In this document: piece by piece, positions 59,801 through 64,000 of the stretch
Layout of the letters: every line of letters starts with the position of its first letter
Numbering within the stretch: position 1 is the first letter of the stretch
Assembly (NCBI GenBank): GCA_965248925.1
Contig: CBDFLE010000006.1
Span: 4,992,001-5,056,000, forward strand
From: Candidatus Multivoradales bacterium
GTDB taxonomy: Bacteria > Acidobacteriota > Thermoanaerobaculia > Multivoradales > J023
Direction of reading: 5' to 3'
Length of the DNA: 64,000 bases
The notes under the pieces: model-generated
What the model was told of the DNA's origin: nothing
Seen by the model: the letters and a program-made list of their open reading frames with translations, nothing else
The model's database searches: none
Made by a program: the position numbers and the translations under genes

Positions 59801-60637
59801 TTCAATGGCAGCATTTCCTTCGGCGACCGGCCAGGGAGTACTCGCGAAACCGGCCTGGAATTCGATAGCCAGGAACTCACCGCCGGCCTCGACTACCGCT
59901 TGACTGAGAGTTGGGTGGTGGGCGGCGCCTTGGGCTACTCAGAGTCCAGTTCAGACTACTCAGGCGGCGGTGGCAGCCTGGACGCCGAGGGCTACAGTCT
60001 GACCGGCTACCTGTCTTATTTTGTGCGTAACTTCTATCTCGAAGCGGTCGGCGGCTATGGCCGCGACGATTTCGACTCGGTGCGCAATATTGACCTGCCG
60101 ACGCCATTCCAAGGCCAAGGTCGGCTAGCGGCGCGGGCGGTGCCCGAAGGCTCGCAGCTGTCGCTCAGTGTCGGCGGCGGTTTTGAAGCCGCGTTTGGCC
60201 GTTGGGCTCTGGGCACCTTTGGCCGGCTGTCCTGGGCAGACATCGACATCGATGCCTACGCCGAGAGCGGCGCCGGACCCTTCTCCCTAGCCATCAGCGA
60301 GCAAAATGTCGAGTCGTTGCTCACCGAGGCTGGCGTCGAGCTGATCTACGCCAAGAGCTACGGCTGGGGGGTGTTGCAACCGATCGCGCGCCTCGCTTGG
60401 CTGCACCAGCTCAAAGACGACAGCCGCTTGATCCGTGGCCGTTTCGTCGCCGATCCTGGTGCCAATGTCTTCGCCGTGCCCACCGAGTCGCCCGATCGCG
60501 ACTACCTCAACCTCGGCGCTGGCTTCGCCGCCACCCTGCGCCACGGTCGCTCCTTCTACATGCTCTGGGACACCGACCTGGGCCGCAGCGATCTCAATCT
60601 CGACACCCTGACTTTCGGCTTCCGCGCCGAGTTGTAA
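56846..60637 (+). CDS. autotransporter with six Calx-beta repeats
   Basis: six LSI.D..V.EG.SG...DG.A....DY...I.DDD repeats, an Ig-like domain, C-terminal barrel (GLDYRL, ...TFGFRAEL). Confidence 0.92.
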   Translation: MYQLPSPYRFRLAGSAVLLVCAWASIAGAQTLSIDDVVLMEGNVGIVSAVFTVTLSDITPLQVSVNYNTVDGSATVSGGDYLPAAGTLLFTGNTPQTIVVTVLGDALDEFDEMFQVQLSSPLNATLLDGSGTATIIDDDLAAMPTLSISDAEIVEGGAGNVDALFIVRLSGVSPTPVTVNFATTDGSATVADGDYLAAAGMVTIPANQIGQNIRVSVVGDTRVEADETFVVTLSSPDGATLVDAQGFGLIRDDDQPAVTAGLSINDVELFEGDSGNVEARFTVSLSAPTPNQVSFTFATRDGTASAEAGDYQASEGQLAIAAGDLQRAVVIQVAGDTEVEADETFFVDLSDLVGAVWADGEGQATIRNDDQPTLSIGDAAVLEGDSGTVEARFTVELSSPQAMAVQVDFATRDGSASAAAGDYQARSGRLEIAAGQVQAQLVVPVRGDLLVEGEEVFFVDLSAPAGASLSDGEGRATIQDDDLPALSIDDLRVAEGDSGGTTARFTVSLSQAPVAPVGVAFATVDGSATVADGDYRALSGQLAFAAGQLTAEVEVTVVGDLRDEADEFFSVGLANATGATLADGEGQATIVDDDSTAPALASVSIADTAVVEGDSGVVEARASVRLSRAAATKVAVDFATRDGVDESAATVADGDYRAAGGTLTFLPGETELQIVVQVLGDLRVELDERFSVELTAARGAVLGTSEATVTVRNDDDPAVLEAVGETRLGTRVSQELTLQTRVHRTDGTLLAGVVVLWRLERGEAILLGGEGAEASSISGADGVAELLVQVGSMAGELFVSAQLPDTDQQVVFELTVAGDLSELDGLLEDSGERAVGEVLDQACPGASGELAQLCDYVFGLEQTSDQLAVLGELTPREAAAQIDAAMRSPVAQQRHIRVRLAEVRSGQIAANSARLALNLRGQNLQLNSLFEEAQRDDLRPRWARGFGDTAQLARLSNDGPAVAAPPSAVAQAAQQIDEPSRLGFFFNGSISFGDRPGSTRETGLEFDSQELTAGLDYRLTESWVVGGALGYSESSSDYSGGGGSLDAEGYSLTGYLSYFVRNFYLEAVGGYGRDDFDSVRNIDLPTPFQGQGRLAARAVPEGSQLSLSVGGGFEAAFGRWALGTFGRLSWADIDIDAYAESGAGPFSLAISEQNVESLLTEAGVELIYAKSYGWGVLQPIARLAWLHQLKDDSRLIRGRFVADPGANVFAVPTESPDRDYLNLGAGFAATLRHGRSFYMLWDTDLGRSDLNLDTLTFGFRAEL

Positions 60638-60714
60638 GCGGCCGGCTTCGGCACCCGGCGGGCGAGTGTGTCGAGGCTGTAGCGAGCATTTGACGAGATC
60701 CTGGACATCTGCCA

Positions 60715-60732
60715 GACTTAGTTAACTTGGTC
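60715..60732. promoter_or_regulatory. candidate antitoxin operator
   Basis: imperfect palindrome gacttagttaacttggtc; GACTTAGT also precedes the paralogous TA pair at 584. Confidence 0.4.
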
Positions 60733-60762
60733 ACATGCTGCGAACTACCGAGAGCCGAGCCT

Positions 60763-60999
60763 ATGGCAACAGTGAATGTTCACCAAGCGAAGACCCATCT
60801 CTCCCGACTCCTCGAACGGGTTTCAAAGGGTGAGGAGATCACCATCGCCAAGAGCGGTAAGCCGGTCGCCAGGTTGGTGGGGATCTCCAAAGCGCGCCGT
60901 CGTCCGGGCCGCCTCAAGGGCAAGATCCGGATGACCGAAGACTTCGATGCTGCCCTACCCGAGGGCATTGCCGGGCCGTTTCGAGGCGCCGGCAAGTGA
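60763..60999 (+). CDS. Phd/YefM-family antitoxin
   Basis: MATVNVHQAKTHLSRLL...GEEITIAKSGKPVARLV. Confidence 0.9.
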   Translation: MATVNVHQAKTHLSRLLERVSKGEEITIAKSGKPVARLVGISKARRRPGRLKGKIRMTEDFDAALPEGIAGPFRGAGK

Positions 61000-61373
61000 G
61001 GCTACTGGCCGATACTCACGCCTACCTTTGGTGGCTGCTTGATGACCCCAAACTGAGTGCAGAGGCCCGACAGGCAATGGCTGATCCGAGTACGGCTGTT
61101 TTTGTCAGCGCAGCCAGTATCTGGGAGATCTCTATCAAAGTCAGTCTCGGCAAGCTAGAGTTCGCAGGAGATCCGGTAGCTGAGATCCGGGACAATGGCT
61201 TCGACGAACTGCCGATGACCGCACAGCACGCTCAGCACGCCGGGTGCTAGCCTAGCTATCACGAAGACCCCTTCCACCGCATGCTAATTGCTCAGGCAAA
61301 GCTGGAGAATCTGGTACTTCTTTCTCGTGATGCTGCTTTCTCTAAGTACGGTGTGCAGGTTCTCCCCGCCTGA
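60996..61373 (+). pseudogene. vapC: VapC/PIN toxin interrupted by in-frame TAG at 61248-61250
   Basis: frame continues after the stop: PSYHEDPFHRMLIAQA...LSRDAAF..YGV to TGA at 61373. Confidence 0.85.
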
Positions 61374-61438
61374 GACACCGACTGCCACTTTGGGCAGCCG
61401 ATGGATCTTCTCTTGTGGATTCGTAGGTGGCAGGTGAG

Positions 61439-64000
61439 TTAGCGGAAGAGGACTCCTAGCTGTACGGTGAGGAATTCCAGATCATCGAAATCGGTCTGGA
61501 CGTTGTGATAATCGGCTCCTATCTCAATAGCGTTGGGGCCGCTGCCGAAAGGGATCTGGGCTCCGAACCCGAGGTTGAAACCGACTTCGCTGGAGCCGCT
61601 TTCGGGCCAGTAGACGCCGGGGCCGCCCTGGACGAACCATTTCAATCCCGAGGCGGTGGGCAACAACGTCTGGATGTTGACCGATAGGTTGATCCAACGT
61701 GGGTGGTCGGCGCCGCTGGCAGTCTCGGCGGTGAGTTGGGAATAGCCGGCCATTGCCAGCAGGCGGAAGCGATCGGTGAATGGGTAACTCGCGTCGAGAC
61801 GGAAATGAATGTTCGAATCGGTGGGTCCGTCGAGCTCGCCCAAAGGGTGGGTGGAGCCGATGTGGAAACTGCCGGTGAGCAGACGGTCAGAGATCGAAAC
61901 GGGGCCAGGATCCGGATCGCTGACCCCGGTCTCGATGGCTTCGATCCGCTGAGTGGCGAGATAGGTCGTGGCAAAACCGCGTTCACCGGTGACCGTGACA
62001 TCGAATTCACAGTCGGCTCGGCGTCCCGGATCGGTGATGGTGCGGCATACCCGGCGTGCGATCCCCGGTTTCAGAGGCTTGGCGACGGGTTCTCGGGGCA
62101 GGATGCAGGGAGGATTCCGCCGCGGCCAGCTGTCGAGTGTGAAGTCGGCGGTCGAACTCCCTGGAGAGTAGTCGAACAGGCTTGTAGAGGAGTTCACCCT
62201 CCAAGAGTCGGCGAAGGTTTCGTAGAGTTCGACGTAGCGCCGCTCAGGATCGGCGGGTTTGGCTCCCAACGAACTACCATCGGCCAGTGCCGGCAGCCAG
62301 CTCCCGCGGGAAAGCGCGCCCATGATTCCTTCGCCGGCTGTGGTGTCGTAGGCGTTGAGGTTGAGGTACCACTTACTCTGCGAAGCCCACCAGCCGGGGG
62401 TGACCACCATGCGGGTTTCGTTGGGAAAGAGGATGCGCAAGCCACCAGGCGCCTGGGTCTGCTCGATGCGGCCACCGCCCGCGAGGTTTATGCCCATGGC
62501 GGGCAAGGTGCGCAGGGCACCGTCAATTCGCAGCTCGAGGCCACTGGGATCGGGCACTCCGTCGAGCCGAGGTTGGTAGGTGACGCGGTGGGAGCCCACT
62601 TGCGCCGCCACCGCCGTATTGAGGCTGACGCAGGTCGCCAGGCCGGTGTAAGCATTGGTCCCAGGGTTGAAGGACGTTGCGATGGCGGTCTGGCGGGTCT
62701 GGATCTCCAATCCATCACCGGTCAGGGCGACAAATTCGCCAGCGCTCTGAAAGTCGTAGCGCAGTCCGTCGACGGTGGTGATGTGGGGGTCGCCTTCGCA
62801 AGCGGCCGTACCGCCGCTGACGATGTCGGTGTAGGCGTCGTAGCGGCCCGTACCATTTGGATTGTCGGCGGTGCTATTGGAATTGTCGGCCCAGATCGGG
62901 TGGACCCGGCCTTGAAAATAAGCCAGCCCCGAGTAGTCGCCGTACTGAATGTCCCGTTGGCCAGCGGCTGGAGGACTAGAACCGCTGCCGGTCGCGGTGC
63001 CGTCGCTGATGGGTGTGCTAGCTTGGAAGTTAGGTGCCGAGCCCTTCGGCGTGGCGATCGTGCAGTATTCCTGCATGGTGTTGTTGCTCAGTGAACCGCG
63101 GGCGTCGTGCCAGCAGACCGCAATGTTGCCCGAGAGGGGGTTGCTGGCAATGCGGGGTAAGAATTGGCTGCGGATCGGCAGTACCGGATCGTCGTTGACC
63201 CGGATCGGAGTGCTCCAGGTGGCGCCAATGTTGTCGGAGAAGCGCACCATGATGTCGGTGTCGTTGTTCTCCGCCGCGGTTTCCTCCGTGTAGACCAGAT
63301 ACAGCCGGCCAAAATGCGGACTCATGGCAAAGCTGTCGAAGGCCAGGCCGGCTTCGGCATCGATCGATCTGACGTTCTGCGCCGGGATGAAGTCGAAGCC
63401 ACCGACATTGGTAGTGGTTGCCGCGATCGATGAGCCAAAATTGCCAGGTCCCAGCCCATCGGCATCGATATTGACCCGAATTGTTGCTGGCCCCTCGTCA
63501 CCGGTGGGATTCTGGCAGGCTTGCACGACCGCTCCACTGGGGGCGATCGCCACGTCACCGAAGCTGCAACCGAGGGTCCCTGGGATAGTTTGCACCGCGC
63601 CGAATGCTCCTACCGCCCCGAGGCCGGTAACGGCGGCACCACTGGCGCGCATGCGGTTGCTTTGATTCCACACTATCCACAGCGCCACCGGCGCTCCGGC
63701 AGCGGTGGTGTTGGCTGCCACCACCGTCGGCTGGTCGGTGCTGCCGAGGAAAGTGGTGAGAGTGGTGAAGGTGCGGCCACTGTCGGTGCTGAGCAGAATC
63801 ACCACGCCGCTGGCGCCGCTGCGAAGATAGCCGAGATAGAGGTTGCCGAAGGAGTCCCAAGTCAGGGTCGGGTCGCAGCAGGCCAAGGGACCTTGGCCTG
63901 CATCGCCGTCGGCTAGGGTTCGATCAACCGGATCCGGATAAGTCCAGGTGGCCCCCAAGTCGTCACTGCGAGCAGCAAACAGGCCCGGCCCGGCGTTGTT
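61439..64000 (-). CDS. BNR/sialidase-like propeller + VWD domain + C-terminal small beta-barrel (5' end outside window)
   Basis: Asp boxes SDDLGATW, STDSGRTF, SDNIGATW; GDYSG; GDPHITTVDG..YDFQ..GEF; amphipathic C-terminus ending QLGVLFR; frame open to 64000. Confidence 0.85.
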   Translation of the reverse strand, partial: NNAGPGLFAARSDDLGATWTYPDPVDRTLADGDAGQGPLACCDPTLTWDSFGNLYLGYLRSGASGVVILLSTDSGRTFTTLTTFLGSTDQPTVVAANTTAAGAPVALWIVWNQSNRMRASGAAVTGLGAVGAFGAVQTIPGTLGCSFGDVAIAPSGAVVQACQNPTGDEGPATIRVNIDADGLGPGNFGSSIAATTTNVGGFDFIPAQNVRSIDAEAGLAFDSFAMSPHFGRLYLVYTEETAAENNDTDIMVRFSDNIGATWSTPIRVNDDPVLPIRSQFLPRIASNPLSGNIAVCWHDARGSLSNNTMQEYCTIATPKGSAPNFQASTPISDGTATGSGSSPPAAGQRDIQYGDYSGLAYFQGRVHPIWADNSNSTADNPNGTGRYDAYTDIVSGGTAACEGDPHITTVDGLRYDFQSAGEFVALTGDGLEIQTRQTAIATSFNPGTNAYTGLATCVSLNTAVAAQVGSHRVTYQPRLDGVPDPSGLELRIDGALRTLPAMGINLAGGGRIEQTQAPGGLRILFPNETRMVVTPGWWASQSKWYLNLNAYDTTAGEGIMGALSRGSWLPALADGSSLGAKPADPERRYVELYETFADSWRVNSSTSLFDYSPGSSTADFTLDSWPRRNPPCILPREPVAKPLKPGIARRVCRTITDPGRRADCEFDVTVTGERGFATTYLATQRIEAIETGVSDPDPGPVSISDRLLTGSFHIGSTHPLGELDGPTDSNIHFRLDASYPFTDRFRLLAMAGYSQLTAETASGADHPRWINLSVNIQTLLPTASGLKWFVQGGPGVYWPESGSSEVGFNLGFGAQIPFGSGPNAIEIGADYHNVQTDFDDLEFLTVQLGVLFR

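Overview
GC-rich bacterial window; gene content (ECF sigma/anti-sigma/CHAT module, FADGFESGD C-terminal tail) is reminiscent of Acidobacteriota/Thermoanaerobaculia, but that is inference. Left to right: a DinB gene; a Phd-VapC pair; a paaZABCDE phenylacetate operon; a membrane Ser/Thr kinase with an extracytoplasmic caspase (C14) domain; a patch of toxin-antitoxin modules (including a MenA1-MenT1-like pair) with a frameshifted IS256; and a 13.5-kb, 8-gene minus-strand operon. That operon encodes three multiheme cytochromes (5+12+10 = 27 CXXCH), a probable outer-membrane barrel, a 4-His membrane protein, a tandem cNMP-domain/4x[4Fe-4S] protein, a double-FHA protein and a flavin reductase-FHA-FHA-[2Fe-2S] fusion. 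Next comes a ~17-kb IS graveyard with three-level nesting and readable target-site duplications; an ECF sigma/anti-sigma/TPR-CHAT/subtilase module; a divergent Sel1-pseudocaspase/secreted protein/Calx-beta autotransporter operon; a second Phd-VapC pair; and a partial BNR-VWD-barrel gene. The best candidate for an undescribed system is a phosphothreonine-gated trans-envelope electron conduit controlled by a caspase/pseudocaspase receptor kinase. No rRNA, tRNA or CRISPR array was seen. All family assignments are by eye from motifs; no searches were run.
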